Source of the DNA: Candidatus Omnitrophota bacterium
Lineage (GTDB): Bacteria > Omnitrophota > Gorgyraeia > JAFGHF01
NCBI GenBank assembly: GCA_020341815.1
Contig: CP070837.1
Coordinates: 1,172,575 to 1,236,574 of the forward strand
Direction of reading: 5' to 3'
DNA length: 64,000 nucleotides
Position 1 is the first letter of the stretch. Each line of letters opens with the position of its first letter. The translations under genes and the position numbers were made by a program. Of the stretch, positions 24,001 to 39,000 are shown piece by piece. A model generated the notes under the pieces. The model saw nothing but the letters and a program-made list of their open reading frames with translations. It did no database searches and was not told the DNA's origin.

Positions 24001-27000
24001 CATTGTAGGAAGTATATGGATGAGCGCAAGCTTAGCATTAGTATCATTTGGAGCAGGATCATTAATCTTTTATAAGACAAAATGGAAGTGGTGGATGCTT
24101 GGTATGTTAGCGGGTTTGGTTGTGGGAAGCGTAGGGGCGTTATGCACACCGTATATAATCGCGTCTGTAACCACACCAAGCATAGGCTTAATTGTGGAAA
24201 CCATAGTAGGAACAATAGGCTTAGCAATATGTTGCAGGACAGAGCGGGGTAAGAAAATTTCTCAGTGCTTGGAGCCTACTATAGATTCCATATCTAAAAC
24301 TGAAGAGATAAGAAAAATAATAAAAAAGATAACGAAAAATAGTACGATAGACCAGATTAAAAATGATTTAGAAAAGGGTAAAATTGGTGTGCAAGAAGCA
24401 TGTTATAGAGTTTTAGCCTTAGCAGAATCAGCGCTTAAAAAAACAGATCCTGATAAAAAATTTAAAAAATTCAATACTCTTCAAGTAGAAGCCTTTGATT
24501 TGTTAATTACTGAGATTGCAAAAGCCAAAAGTGATTCTAAAAAGATTTCCCGAGAAATGATTGAGATGGTGATGTCTACCGGCAAAACTGAAGCTGCAGG
24601 GGTGTTTGGTTGTTTAGCCTGGACGCTGAAAGATAAGTTTGGTTACGAGAAGGTAATACTGACCAGTTGGCAGAAGACAGCAGTAAAACAGGATTACGAT
24701 AGATTAAATACTTTCTTTAAGGAAATTGGACTTTCTTGCGGCTTCCATAACGAAGAGCATTTATCAGAAGATGAATTTGAGAAATATTATAATAAAGATA
24801 TTCTTTTTGTTGATTATCAACTTCTGATGAATGATTGGGCACAGAGTAGAGCGTCAAACAGAGGGAGAAAGAATCAATCGGTCTTAATTAAACCGGGAGA
24901 AAAGAAAGAAGCAGGAACAGGAGAAAAGCCAGAGAAAGAACTTATTATTGCTCCAGAAAAGATTGCCCTTGTAGGTTTAGAAGCCGATTTCTACTTCCTT
25001 GACGACTTGTTTACACCCTTAGTAATATTGGGACAGCCTAAAGAGATTAACGAAAAAGACTTGGCCCAGTTTCGGGAAAATTATAAAAAGATAATAAAAG
25101 CTGTTTCTATGAGTAAAGAACTTGAAAAGCATAAGGACTTCAAAATATATGAATCGGAAACATATAAAGAAGTTGAAGGAGATTATCGCAATGGAGATAA
25201 TCAACTACGACATACTACGCATTTTGTTGAACTTACTGAGGAAGGCAAAAGGAAAGTAGGAAAACAATACATTGTCTTAACAGAGACATATCTTAAAGCC
25301 TATTTCCTTTATAACGGCAAGGATTACACTATTAGAAATGGATTGATTAGACTCTACAATGAACCAGCAGGTGTTATCTTTGAAAACAGACAGCTTCAAG
25401 ACCAAACTATTTGGATTATGCTTCATATAAAGGCAGGATTATTACCCGAAAACGAAGGAGATGTATTTGAGGACAGGTATTTAAAAATTATTTCCCATTT
25501 GTTTGCATTCCCTATCGTCTATACTAATTTTTATTTATTCCAGAAGGAATTAGGCCTTATTTGGGCATTGAGTGGAACTTCTGATAAAGAGGCATTTGAG
25601 AATTTAGGATTTAATGTTGTTAAAGTGGATAGCAGAGACTTTGAAGAGCAAAGAAGTAAAAAAGTTGAACAAAGAGACTTTCTCTCGAAGAATTTTGCTG
25701 CCAGCATAAAGACTATTTTAGATAAGTTGCAAAAGCTGATAGAGAAGCTTAAAAACCAATCCACAATTATCTTTGTTGACGACCCCGACGATGTTAAAAA
25801 GTTAGCTGAAAGAATTAAAACAGAATTTAAATGGCCAAAGGATAAAGTAGAGGCATGGTTACCTGATGATGAGATTGATGAAGCCAAAAGACACAAGGTA
25901 GGTTTGCCTGGACAAATAACTATTATCACGGCTAATTTGACGCGTAATGCAAACTTTAAGTTGCAAGAAGGGTCAACAAAATTCAATTACCTTATTTCAG
26001 GAGGTCGTAAAAATCCTCGTTGGATGAGACAGCTTCTCTGGCGAGTGGGAAGACTCGTAGAGATGAAATATGATGAAAATGGCAAAGAAACATATGTCTT
26101 TAATGAAGCAGATGTGTTTGTGTTTTATCATCTGGAGCAGGAGCTATTCTCACAATACCCGAGAATAAAGGAGAATCTCTCGGCTCTGTTAGATGGGAAA
26201 GACTGCATATCTGTAAATATAGATAGCCTCAGCAATAATGAAAGAAAAGCTGCTAGGTATATTCAAGAAGCTTTCCGTTTTACAAATAGTGACTCTATAA
26301 AGAATAGCAAGATGCAAGGTAAAATAGAAGAACAGATAGGTGCAGTAAGCGAAGCAATTGCAAGGCAGATGAAAGAAATAACTAATGCTCAAGAGAGAAA
26401 GGATCTTCAATCAGCCTATACAGTTTTTCTAGAGACTATTGAGGAACAGAGAGGTCTTATTTCCTTTATAAAAGGAGATATAGATAGGCTTGCTGCCCAA
26501 TGGTCTAAGAAAGTAAAAGAGATATTTGATACTACAATAGGAGCAGTTCTTGCAGGAGAGGGTTTAGTTATAGAAAGTGATAATAGAGAAGAGGAAGAAG
26601 AGGTTGATTCATCAGAAAGAGGAAAGATAGGAAATGTGTGGCGGGAAGTTATCGATAAATTAAGTCGTAGAAATAGAGAAGGTTCTGGGCTTGGTCCTGC
26701 ATTGGCAACTATAACTATGACAACAGTTATAGGTGTGGGTATAGTAGCGCAGGCGGCTGCCGCGCAGCATACTATGACGGCTCTTAAAGAAAGACACTCC
26801 ATGTTATTAAATCGGATAACAGAGGACCTGCGCAGTATAGGAATTCTCCAGAGAGAAAAGGAGGAGGCCAATGACAAGCGCGCGGAAGAGATAGATGAAG
26901 AGATAAAGGGATTATATAAGCGATTAGGGGTAATTTCGGAACAAGCGCAGGAAGTAGAGCACAAAATTAAAGTAAGAGAGGCTTATAGCTCTGCTAAGAA

Positions 27001-30000
27001 ACATAGCGGAGACATTGAAAATGTATTGTCAGATGAGCGGGTAAGCGCGAAGAGAAAAGATATTTTGGCGACTCTTGAAGCAGAGGGGTTATCTTTAGAT
27101 GAGTTAGAGGAATTACAGGCTAAGATTAACGGCCGCAACGAAGCCGAGGCAGAGTTACTAAAGGGCATAACGGATGCGGAAAAGAAAACCGAGCTTGAAT
27201 ACCTTATCAGCCAGAGAAATGCGCAGGAACAGAGCCTGCTAAAGCTTTACAGAGAGGATGCTGATGCAAGAATAGAAGATATCGGGCAGAGCGCAAACGA
27301 GGCAGATATAGCCATTGTTGGTGAGTTGAAAAATCGCTCAAAGAAATTTAAGGTTATAAACGACAGAAAATATAGCCTCTGGTCTTCAAAGGAGAAAAAA
27401 TTAAAGCAGCAGGAGACTAAGCCTGTAAAATTGTCTTCTTATAAAGGAAGAGATGAGGCGAGAAAGATTTTAGGTGCGAGGTTTGGGCAATTAGGAATAA
27501 CAGCTCAGGAAAAGGCTGAGTTCAAACTCCGCATTGAGAACGAAAAGCGCGCGGAGCGTAAAAAGTGGCTTAAAAATAGATTAGCAAAGGAGGAAAAGGA
27601 AGAGAAAGACAAGTTCCTTAAAGGACTTAAGATTTTCCGCAAGCACAATAATATAAAAGAGACCCGTGAAGATGTGTTTACCGAAGATGATTGGAAAGCG
27701 GCTATCAAAAAGGCCCAAGACAGGCTTGGATTGAAGATAGAGAAATTAGAGTCAGAAGGGGAAATATCAAGATTAGAGGAGCAAATAGAGGCAGAAAGAG
27801 AAAAGAAAGATATTGATAGGGATAAGATAAATGAATTAAAAGATAAGATTAAGGAACATAAAGAGGATATTAAAAAGATACAGAATAAAATCAGCGAAGA
27901 AGCTAAGGCAATTAGAGAACTCAGGAAAGAGTTTGCGGATACCGAAGAAGAGAAAAAGTTAATAGATGAACAGACGCGTCTTGATGATGAGGAAAAGGAA
28001 TACAATGAGAAGCGGGAGCAGATTTTAGAAGAAATAGAGGAATTGGAGCGAAGAGAAGAAGATATAGCTCAGCTTCCTCCAGAGGAGCAGAAAGAATTAA
28101 AATATGAGGCGCAGGCCTTATTTACGGAAATAAAAGAACTTATTCAGCAAAAAGAAAGACTTGATAACGATATAGAGACTTTAAAAGAGAGAAAAAGGAC
28201 TATTATCCAGGGTAAAGAGAATCACCGGGAGCAGATAGAGGAGTTAAGAAACCTTCAAGGGTGGCGCTTGCGGGCCCTATGGCAGGAACTTAAGGAACTG
28301 CGGAATGATTATCCTGAAGAGGCGGTTCGGGCCTTAGCAGATTATTATGGAGCATTGCAGGGAGTGCCGTATAAGAAAAGAATAAAGGCGGCTATCCAGC
28401 TGTTTAATCAGATTAAAGGCATTGACAGCAAAGGGCTAAGCGATGCCACAATAGGTGCATTGATTGAAGAATCAAAGGCTGACTTCCAGCGGGAAGATGC
28501 CCTTACTCTCAAGCGCTATCAGTTAGGCCGGGAGAAGGACGAGCAGAAGAAAGAGCAATTAAGGAAGGAAATAGCTGAATTAGAGCAGAGAGAATTAGAC
28601 AGGAAGACCAAGATAGAGAAGGCTGCCGAGAAGTTTGCCAGAAGAAGAGGGTATAAAAAAGACAGAAAGGATGAGTTTGTAAGCAGATATGAAGATTTAA
28701 TAAGTCAGTTAGAATGGATTAGGGAATATGTAGCGATAGAAAAAGGACGCTATGGCGTTGAGAGTAAGGAATACAAAGAGCTTGATTATATATCAAGGAT
28801 ATTGCCCGAATGTATAGACTTTGCAGAAACGCAATTGGAAAAGACGGAGGCGGAAAAGAGTTTAGCCGTCTTAAAAGAAATGGTAAATGACCCGAAAATT
28901 AGCAGGGAAGTTAGAGAAGGACGAAAGAGCAAAATAAAGAGCTTAGAAAATAGAATCGCATTCTTAAATAAGAGCATAGGAAGAAGTAACTTAGCAGAAG
29001 AGTTAAAAGATTCTCAAGTTCATATTTTAAAAGCAGTTAAAAGCGTAAACGGCTCTTTATATGCAAAGATAAAAGAGCTTTTGGATAATTATCCTAGGTT
29101 AAGGAAGCTTAAGGTCTTAGGCAAAGAGCGGGAATTAGAGCGCACTCAACAAGTGAAAGAGAATATTGAAGATGAGATTTCTCAAGAGGGGGAAAAGATA
29201 CATAACTACTTTATCTCTAAGGAATTAAACAGAGGCGATAAAGATGAAGAGGCCGATAAAGTCTGGAAGCTGCTCGAAGAGTTGAATAAAGGTTATTTAC
29301 TTACAGAAACCAACGAATATCCGGGCGTATTTAACTTAGTGCTTTCTCTGGGAGTGAAGAACTTCCAGAAGGATGTTGGTTTGCCGGTTACAGGGAATTG
29401 GGATAAGACCACTAACGAAAAAGCGCAACAGTTATTAAAAGAAAAAATTGCCGCAAGAGTTTCCTTCTTAAAGAATAAGGAGCTGCCTAGACGTATTCTG
29501 AAAGCAGAGATAGATGCTCAGAAGAAGAAATCCGATAAGACGCTCGCAGAGCTTGAGGAGCTCACAGCTAAGCAGAATGAGTTATCCAAGCTGGAAGCAG
29601 AGATTATACAGGAAGAAGAGGCCCGGCAGAAGGAAAAATTAGAGAAAGAATTGGCCTTACTCAAACCTCAGGCAGGTGTATTAGAAGAGGTAGATAAGAG
29701 GATTAAGGCAATAGAGGAGAGCTTGGCGGTTAAAGAGATAGAGATAAAGATTGCCGAGTTAAAAGCAAAGCAGGCTCAAGCAGAAGCTAAAGACCCACAT
29801 TTAAAGCGAGAAATAGAATTACAGGAAGGCAGAAAGAGGCACTTGGAAGAGGAATTCAGGCTGGCCAAAGAAGAAGAAAAAGACAGGAAGGTAATGCTTA
29901 ATGCAAGGCAGCAGAAACAGCTTTATATAGACCGCAATGAATGGAATATTAAGAAGAAGGTTTTGGATGCCTTTGAGCAGTCTCAAACGGAAACCTTAGC

Positions 30001-33000
30001 CCAAATAAAGACAAAATTGACTAAGAAAGATAAAGATGTTAAGAAGTGGCAGGAGGAGATCTCCTTATGGAAGCTGCAAAACAGGATTAGCCGTGAGGAA
30101 AATAATAAAGAAAATAAACAGGCAAAATTGGAACAAGATGATATTTCAGAACTTAGAAGACTAAAATTAGAGACAGGGATCCGAGAGATTAATTTGAGTT
30201 TAGGCATACTTGAGCCTATAGAGAAACAAAATAGAGGCCTAACCGAAAAGGAAGAAAATTCCTTGCGGGAGAATAAGCAGATTAAGGAATTAAGAGCTCT
30301 TGCCGGGGTGTATGGGGCCTATGATTATAAGTGGACACAGGATAAGCTGACTAATAAAAAGTTACATCTTTTGGCTAAGAAAGCATTCTTAGAATATCTG
30401 AAGAATTATCCCGAAGCGGATATGGAATTGCCCGAAGAAGGATTGATGCCGGATGATTATGACCAGATAGTCGACAGGGGCCTGAGTGCGCAGGCCTTAA
30501 ACAGGCAAATTGAAGAGATAGAAATAGAATTGCAGGAGATTAAGGCAGTCCGTGCTCAAGACAAGCATAACCAGGCCAAAGAAGAAGATAAAGAATCTAC
30601 CCGGATAGCGCTTAATCGGGAAGAAGCGAAGTTAGTAAAGCTGAGGAACAAAAACGATAAAAAGACCTTGAAGAAATTAGAGGCTGTTAGCATGTTATTG
30701 GCCTACTGGAGTGCAGCGCTCTCTAAAGAAAAGAGCCTTGATGAGAAGGAGCGCAACTCTGTATCAGGCGCAGAATTAAAGATTGCCCAGAAGGAAAAAG
30801 AATTGGCCAGAGAAAAAGAGGCCTTAGGCGTGCAGGTATATCTTAGCGAGTTTGAGAAATTCCCTGAAGGCATAAGCATTCCCGAGAAATGGCAAAACGC
30901 AAAAGCAAAGAGCGCAATTGAGATTTATGAAGCTACGCGGCAGATAGGAAAAGTGGAGCTTGAGATAACTAATTTACGAAAGCAGCAGGCGGGTGGGTCG
31001 GGCAAGCTTTTATTATTGGAGACAGAGGAAATTGAGCTGTCTTTGGCCCGAGAGAAACGGATTGATGCAATTATTGCCGATAACCGCAAAGAGCTTTCCG
31101 GAATCGAGGACTTGACTCGCTTACAGGAGAAGATGGAGGAGATATGCAGCAAAGATAATAGAGTGAGGATGCTTACTGTCAGGCTGAACGAAATTATCCC
31201 GGCTCAGAAAAGAATACTTAACCGGCAGGAAGCGCTGAATAAGAATACAGAGCTGTCTGCTATAGAGCGGAAAATAGAGAAGTTGAACATCCTCAAAGAT
31301 AGATTGGACTTGGTGAAATTGGCGCTGGAGAAAGGCATCGACTTTGAAGAAGGACGGCAAAGGGCGCAGATTAAAGATGCCGGGATAAATAATGCCCTTA
31401 AGCAGGCAGGGAAAAATAGAGACAAGAAAGCCCTTTTATCTGCCTTAGAAAGACAGGTGAAAAATGTTGAGATAAAGCTGCAGGAGGAGGCAATTGCCGA
31501 GAAAGAAGAATCGATACAAAAGGAAAAGAATGTAACAAAGAAGAAGGTACTGCGGATTGAAAAGAGGATTCAGGAAATCGACCTAAACTTGTTGCGGGAT
31601 GAAGTAGGCAGGTTTGGCGGGCTTTCCAGACAACAGAAAGACCAGCTAAACGGCCTAAAAGGGCAATTAACGGCCTTAAAGCAAATCCTTGAGCGCAGCA
31701 GGGAATATGAGCTCATCGGGGAAGAGAAATCCAGATGGCTGTTACAAGAAAAGGTAATTAATTTTATAGAGTTTTACGGCAGAGAGGCATGGGAGAATTA
31801 TCAGAAGGAATATAGAATGGAAGATATTCCCCTAATTGCAAAGAGCGCCCGGGATTTAAAGAAAATTATGGATAATAACGAGGAACGTATCCGCTCCTTA
31901 TTATTAAAAATAGAGCAGGCAATTATATCTTTGGAAATAGAGAATTGCGAGAAGAAGGAATTGCTGAAGAAGCAGCCTAAAAATGAGGAAGCTAAATCAA
32001 TAATTAAGATTAACGAACAGAGCATAATAATTCTTCCCAAGGCAAAAGAGCTCTTTACCGGAGATAAACACACAAAGAAAAAGACTCTCAGAGAGATAAA
32101 CACAAGGATGGCGGACTTACAGAATGATCTGCAGAGGTTAAAGAAGCTGCTCAGTGGAGAAAAAGGAGTAAAAGATATATCACGCAATAAACAGCAAGAG
32201 CCGGTTCATTATGAGCGCTTAGGAGATAAGATAGCAAATTTAGATAAGAGGGCCGGGCAGTTGAATGAAGATGAAGAGGCCTTGCTGGAGGTTCTGGAGG
32301 AATTAGGGGCCAGGGTTGTAGAACAAAGACAGGTGCTTACGCTTTGGACAGTAGAGGATGCGGTAGAGGCAAGTCAGGCCGGAGGGGACGTCGCAGATAA
32401 AGTAATAGCGGAGATTACTGGTTTAAGTGCTGAGTTTGTCCGGTATGTCTATAACGTTTTGACACAGATGTGGAGTGAAGAGAAGGCCAGGGAATATTCG
32501 CTTAGTCAGATAATGAATAAGGCGCAGTTAAAGAACGCCCTGCTAAAGGAATATGCAGGGCTCTCTCAGCACGATGTGGCCAGAGAGATTGTGCAGATTT
32601 TCTGGACGGCATTCGAATTGGACGATTATTACGAGCATTCTGCTCAAGCAGAAGAAGAATTTAAGAAGGTCCTTACAATTAATCCTGCGGGAGAGGTCTT
32701 CAAGGAGCGCTTATCGGCGCACAGCACCGGAAAGCTTAGGAATTCGGCTGTAGAGATAGCCGAAGAAGTCGATAATCAAGACGGCTTTAGAATGCTTCAT
32801 CCTCAGGCGCATATAAAAGTTAGAGGTACAGAGGGCGCCGGGCCCCGGTGGAGCCTTAGCTTTGCTTCTTTTGCCGCTACACCGGGTAAAATCTGGCGCT
32901 CCATTAAGGGATTGTTCGGTAAGGAGCAGGATGTCTTTATTTCTCCTGAAGCGTGGCAGGCGTATCAGGAAGAGGTGCTATCTCTTACTGAGAGCGCTTT

Positions 33001-36000
33001 TGAGAAGGAAGAGCCTTTACTTTCGGTATGGATAGAATTGGCCTTAGCCGAGAGAGCAGTACATTTGGCTCAAGGTGAAGGTTTTCTCCAGAGGAAGGCG
33101 GCCGAAAGGCGTTTAGCGCAGGTTCGCCGGATAGCGCAGAGCAAAGAGTTCTTTAATCTGCGTATGACTGTATGGCCCCAGACAGGACTGGATTTTCAGG
33201 GCAAAGATGAACAGGAGTCATTAGAGGAAATAATCAGGCATATCCCCTTATTTGCAGAAGAGGTTTATAAGCAGGTAATCGAGCGCATAGTAGCTGCTAC
33301 AAAGGACATACCCTCTTTAGGAAAGAATATAAAGAAAGAATATAATAAGACCTCTTTATCTTTAGGCGAGAGGCTTAGCATTGGCGCTGACTTAGGGTTA
33401 AATATTGTTTCCGGAAAGACAAAGAGGCTCTTTTCTCTCTTTGCCGAGGCCCTGATATTCCAGCAGGATAGCCAGGAGACGAAAGAGTTGATAGACAGGC
33501 TTAACCGGAACTACGAATTAAAGCAAAAGGAGCTTCGCGGAACGATAACCGAAATAATAAACGGCTTGAAAGCAAAATATGCGCAGGTCGATGAGGCAGA
33601 TTTTGATAATAGGGTAAAAATATACTGGCAGCTCTGCGCCTTTGAGCAGTTGGCGCGAATATTTGGCGAGATGGAAGAAGGATGGGCGAATGATAAGGCT
33701 GCCTTGCCTTCGGCTGGCAATGACAGCGCTCAGGCAGGCGAAGCAGAGGTTATTACCAGCGTCTCATCGCAAAGGGAAGAAAAGTTCTCTCAGGAATTGC
33801 TTAGCGATTTGGTTGGGGCCTTCAACAGGAATGCCCAGGACACCCGGAAGAATAAACAGGAACAGGTGCGTTTAGAGAAAGAAAGGCTTAGCAGTGATGA
33901 GCCCTTGAGTGAAGTAATTAAAGCAGCTGAATCTCTATCAAGCAAAAAAGAAGATATCTTCCAGACAGCAAAACAGGCAATAGTAGCTAATGAGCATAGC
34001 GAAAATACAGAGCAGGATTATTTAACGGCCTGGGAGTGGTTAGCCAGACAGGTGGTGAATTCTCAAGACAGGCTGGAGAGCTTTAATCCGGACACTGCCT
34101 TAGCCGGGACAAATATAAATGAAGTCACAAAGCAGAAAATAACAGGGTATTGGCAAAGACAAATTAACCGAAAGATAGACGCATATTTAGGAAGGCTGGA
34201 TAGAGAAGGATATTTATCTGAACGAGAGAGCAGCCTGCTGATGACATTAGCCGAAAAAACGGGCCAGGCAGAAAGAATAAGAGAGGCCAAAGCCGCCTTA
34301 GGCAAGATTGATAAGGGTAAAAAGGAAGACGCAGACAGGCTTGAAGAGCTATACAAAAAGACAAAAGAGGTCTTGGAGAATCCGCAGAATACGCCGGAAG
34401 ATATCAATGAGCAGGAGGCGGAATTCAAGGCGCATTTCCAGCGCTGCCGCGATAGAGGCATAGTGACTATTGAAGAGTGGGGAGAGAAAGGCCTGGAATT
34501 AGAGAAGCTAAGAAAAGACTCTCTTGCTGAACGAGACAAGAAGCAAGGGCAGTGGCGCGATTTTATAGAAAATAAGAAAAAAGAATTGGCTTCGTTGCTC
34601 ACACCCAAGAATAGGGAGAAGTCGGAAAAAACTCAACAAAAGATAGAAGCCATAGCCGCAGAGGTTGCTCGGGAAAGAGTTAAATATGCGCCTTATTTCT
34701 CAGGCAAGGCAGAAACAGAGAAGTTATCCTTGGATGCAGTGGAAGTGGAGCTATTGGCGGAAATAATTAATGGGCAGCTGCGTGAGTGGTTTGCGCACAA
34801 TATTCATTCTCCTCCTGCTGCCGTAGCTTTAGACGCAGAGCTCCGCAGAAGAGAAACACCCTCCTTTATTGCCAAGGCCGCAGCAGAGGCGTCAGGAGAC
34901 TTAAAGGAAGCACTGCTAAAAGCAAAGCAGGATGCGGCCCGACGTTTGCAAATAGCGCGCAACGATGAAAAGATAATAGCTCTCTCGGGCGAAGTTATCA
35001 GCCAGGGCTGGCAGATAGAGGCAGGTTGTTTCCTGGCGTTTATCCCCTATGGTAGACTCAGCAAAGACGCCGAGTCCCGTGCGAAATTCCAGCCGGAGCT
35101 GAACAAGGAATATCTTGCCTATCAACAGACAATCACCGACATTACTGAGGTAGATATTATCCTCAGGACCCTCCACGATTACTACAAGCAGAATCCTCAT
35201 CCGGAAGTAAAGAATTTAATCGAAAAATATGAATTGTATAGACACTATCTTGGCATTTCAGCGGTAACCTGCCTTATTCAAATCAAGTGTAACGAAATCC
35301 TGATTGAAAGAGAAGGCAAAAAGGATATAAGCCTTACCGGAGCGCTTAATTTGGCTTATACAATAGTGTCTAATCTCTTGGATTGGGCAACCAATATAGG
35401 CGGAAGGGACGCGCAGAAGGCGCAGCGCTTGAGCGGCGAGCTGCAGGCTTTGATTCCCCGGTTTTACCAGCTTAAACAGGAGACAGAGAGACTATCGAAG
35501 GCTCAGGCAGTCTCTGAGGAAGAGCCCGCCAAAGCCCAGCAGGAGAGCTCAACAAAGAGGATATTTGGAGAAACGGTGGCGTCTTCAAAATATGTGGCTG
35601 TTTCCTCAGACGGGACCATTCTGGCGATGTATGTGAGGACAGGCTCCGACCGCCGTTATCTGGTTTTGAAGAATGTCTACACATCTCTTACCGGTGAGCG
35701 CGGAGCAAGCGCGCTGGAGAAAAGAGAGGGTCTTAATTACGGCGTTACGGTAGAATTACAGCGCAAAGAGATTGATTGGAATGAACTGGATAAAGTCCTT
35801 AGAAGGGATTACGGGCTGCGTTTCTTTGGCAAGAAGTTTATTGCTCTCGATGAAACCGGAGCAGGGCTAAAGGGAATATGGTCTTTGGATGTCCGCAACA
35901 TCCCGGCCGATAGGTGGGACATCGATGATCAAGTTAAAATAGAGAGTATGGTGGGATTGGAAGGACGGCGTCCATTAGCGGAGTTTACAACCAAAGACGG

Positions 36001-39000
36001 CACTAAAATAGATATTACAGGCAGGGTTCCCGTATCTATTATGGTAGATGAACAGGGCAACCCTGTTTACTATGTAGGCCTGGGTATTAGCGAAGAGAAC
36101 TCAGGCTCGGACTTCATAAATGGCCTGCAGATTGACCCCGAAGGAGAGACTGTTTACTACGCAAGCGGCCGGGCCGTGTTTAGCTGGGATAAGCAGAGGA
36201 AATATAATACCAGGATAAATGCCAACTTTACTCAGGATGATAATGTCAGTGTGCACTTAAGCCAGGACCTCACAAAGCAGTGGACCATAGACTTAGGCGG
36301 TAATTGTTACTGGGAGGAGAAAGAGGAACTCTATGACGGCACGGTTAAGGTCACCTGGAATGCGCCTTCAGAGAGTAACAAGAATAAGCTCAGTATTAGC
36401 GCCGGCTATGACTATAGAGAGTCTTTACAGCCCCAGGGGAGAATAGAACATACCTCTCTCACTAACAGTATAGTTATCCGAAATACCGTTCTGGGCATAA
36501 GGCAATTTTCTCTCCAGACAGACTATCAGTTGGAAGAGGAGGAGATTAGTCATAGGGTAAGCATCAATAAGCTCCTGCCCGCCCAGATAAACTGGAGCGG
36601 CACAGCAAAGTTTGATTATTATGGTAATCTGATTTATTCTACTTATGTGGAAAAGAACTTTGACGGCGCTTCTCTGCGCCTTGGAGTGAAAGGCGACAAA
36701 GAGAAAGAGGATGTGCGGCCTAATCTTAGACTGACTCACGGCAACTTTAGCTTAAAGGGAGACTTTAAAGATGAGTATAATTGGGGCGTAGGAATTAATT
36801 ATCGCAATATCGAGCTGGGGAAAGGGTTTGCGGGTACGGCCAGCATCGAAGGAGGAGAGGCGGCAGGACAACCCTGGATAGAGGCCGGGTTTGATGTCTT
36901 TCCTTTATTAGGAAAGTTGCGGCAAGAGAAGTTTAGCCTGCTTCCTCTGGATTTGAAAAACAAAAGACTCAATCTTTCCTCAGGTAACTGGAATACAGTG
37001 GGAGAGGATGCCGCAATTAAACAAGAGACCACAGATTTGCGCCGCCGGATATATGAGCAGCAGGATGAGCTGCAGCGCAGAGGAGAAAAGGTAACTTTAA
37101 ATAAGGAAGATGTAGCGCTATTAAATGAGCTTCGGGATATAGCGGGCAGAGGCTTTGCTCCCAAGGATGTTTTGGCTAACCTTATCGTTAATAAGAAAGT
37201 AGATGCAGACGAGCTCAAAGACCTCTTTAGAGACTGGGCATTTTTAGCAAAGGATACGGAGTTAAAAGACTATTTAGGAGAGAAGATAGATATTCAAAAT
37301 AAAGTGCACCTGGCTGAACTGTTCTTCTGGACAGGGTATCTGCGTCAAAATGGCGAGACAAAGACAAAGGACAGGATTATTGAATTAAACGGGGCCAGAG
37401 AGCAATTAAAAGATTCATTTAAAGAAAGAAAGGGCAGCAAGCAGTTTAACCCGGCCAATGTCAGGGATGCAGAAGAGCTCTGGTTACTGATTGGCCTGGG
37501 CGAAAAATATAGTCAGGACCTGGTTAAAGTGATATTGCGCTATCGCAGTTCCATTGAAAAGATAACCGGCGTCAAGCTGGATATTACTGCTCAAGGGGTA
37601 GTAGATATTTATCTTAACTGGGGAAGTTATCTCCAGCAGGAAGAGCAGAAGATTGAAGGGCAGGGCTTAGATGAAGCGCAGGAGAAAAAGGCCAAACAGG
37701 CCTTGAGCAAGAAGATACGGAATATTGCCGATGCTGAGACTACGCATTTACTTGATAGCGAGGCGCGTAAACAACCTTCGCAAGAGCTTATTGCCCTATT
37801 AGATTACCTGACTAAATTAGGCGTAGACGGGCTAAAGATATTTGCTAAAGTAGACCGCAGCAAGCTTCTTCCTTACGAAATGAAATTGCAGGCGGCAATA
37901 GCGTTATTAGAGGCCAAAGGCAAGGTCAAGAACATACCCCGCTATGTCTTTATATTGGAAGAGCTTTATAATATAGCCCAGGGCAACCTTGTTATCCAAA
38001 ATGACCTTTTCCCTGAAGGATTTGCTGCGGAGGAGGTTTCTGCGGAGCAGGCGACAATCTTTACCGGTTTAACTTATGCGGTGTATAGAGAGGATATCTC
38101 TGCCGACCATATTCAGAATGTTAGTTATCTCTACAGCCAAATTCAGAAACCCCACTATCCAGCCGCATCTGTTTACAATAAACTATTCATAGAATTAAAC
38201 TATTGGACAAAGGTTGGCGAATTCTTAGAGACCAGGAAAGAAGGAGCATTAGAGACAATAGCCGGCCTTTTAGCGGAAGATAGCAACCTTGCCTTTGGCA
38301 AGACCGAACTTACCATTGACCGGGTTCTCTCGGCATTAGGCCTTAATGGCTCCAGGAATAAACCTGTTACCAAACCCAAACAGCAATTACGAAAACAAAA
38401 GGCAGCTAAGGCAATACCGACGCAAGAGAAGAAAAAAGAGGCGGTCATCGCCAGCTTGCGTAGTAACAAAGAGAAAGAATTGCCTCCTCAAAATATGCCT
38501 CTCCATCTATATGAGGAAGCAACGGAGAAGGAGGAGCCCTCATTATTTGCTCAATTCCTCTCCGCAATTAATCCTTTCTCGGCAAGGCTTGCTTATGGGG
38601 ATGAGTTGCGCTTGCCTCAGGTTGCCGTAGAGGGAAGGACTATTCGCGTTAATGGCCGGCCTTACCAGATAAGGGGCCCTAGCTATTTACCGGTTCCTAA
38701 GGGTGAGGATATTAAGAGCTTCTTGTTTGATTATGATACGGTTGTCCGTGATATTGCCTTGATGAGGCAGTTGAATAGCAATACTATTCTCACCTATCCC
38801 ATAGAGGATGAAGGGATTTTGAATGCCTTTGCTGACGCAGGAATAAAGGTTATTATTGATTTTGCCGATTATGGTGATAGATATGTTGATTACATCAATC
38901 AATTTAAAGGCCATCCGGCCATTCTGTTGTGGTGTTTTAATGACCGGGATACTGCTTTAGAGCAGGCAGCGCAAACCGCGCATCAGCTTGACCCTGAGCA

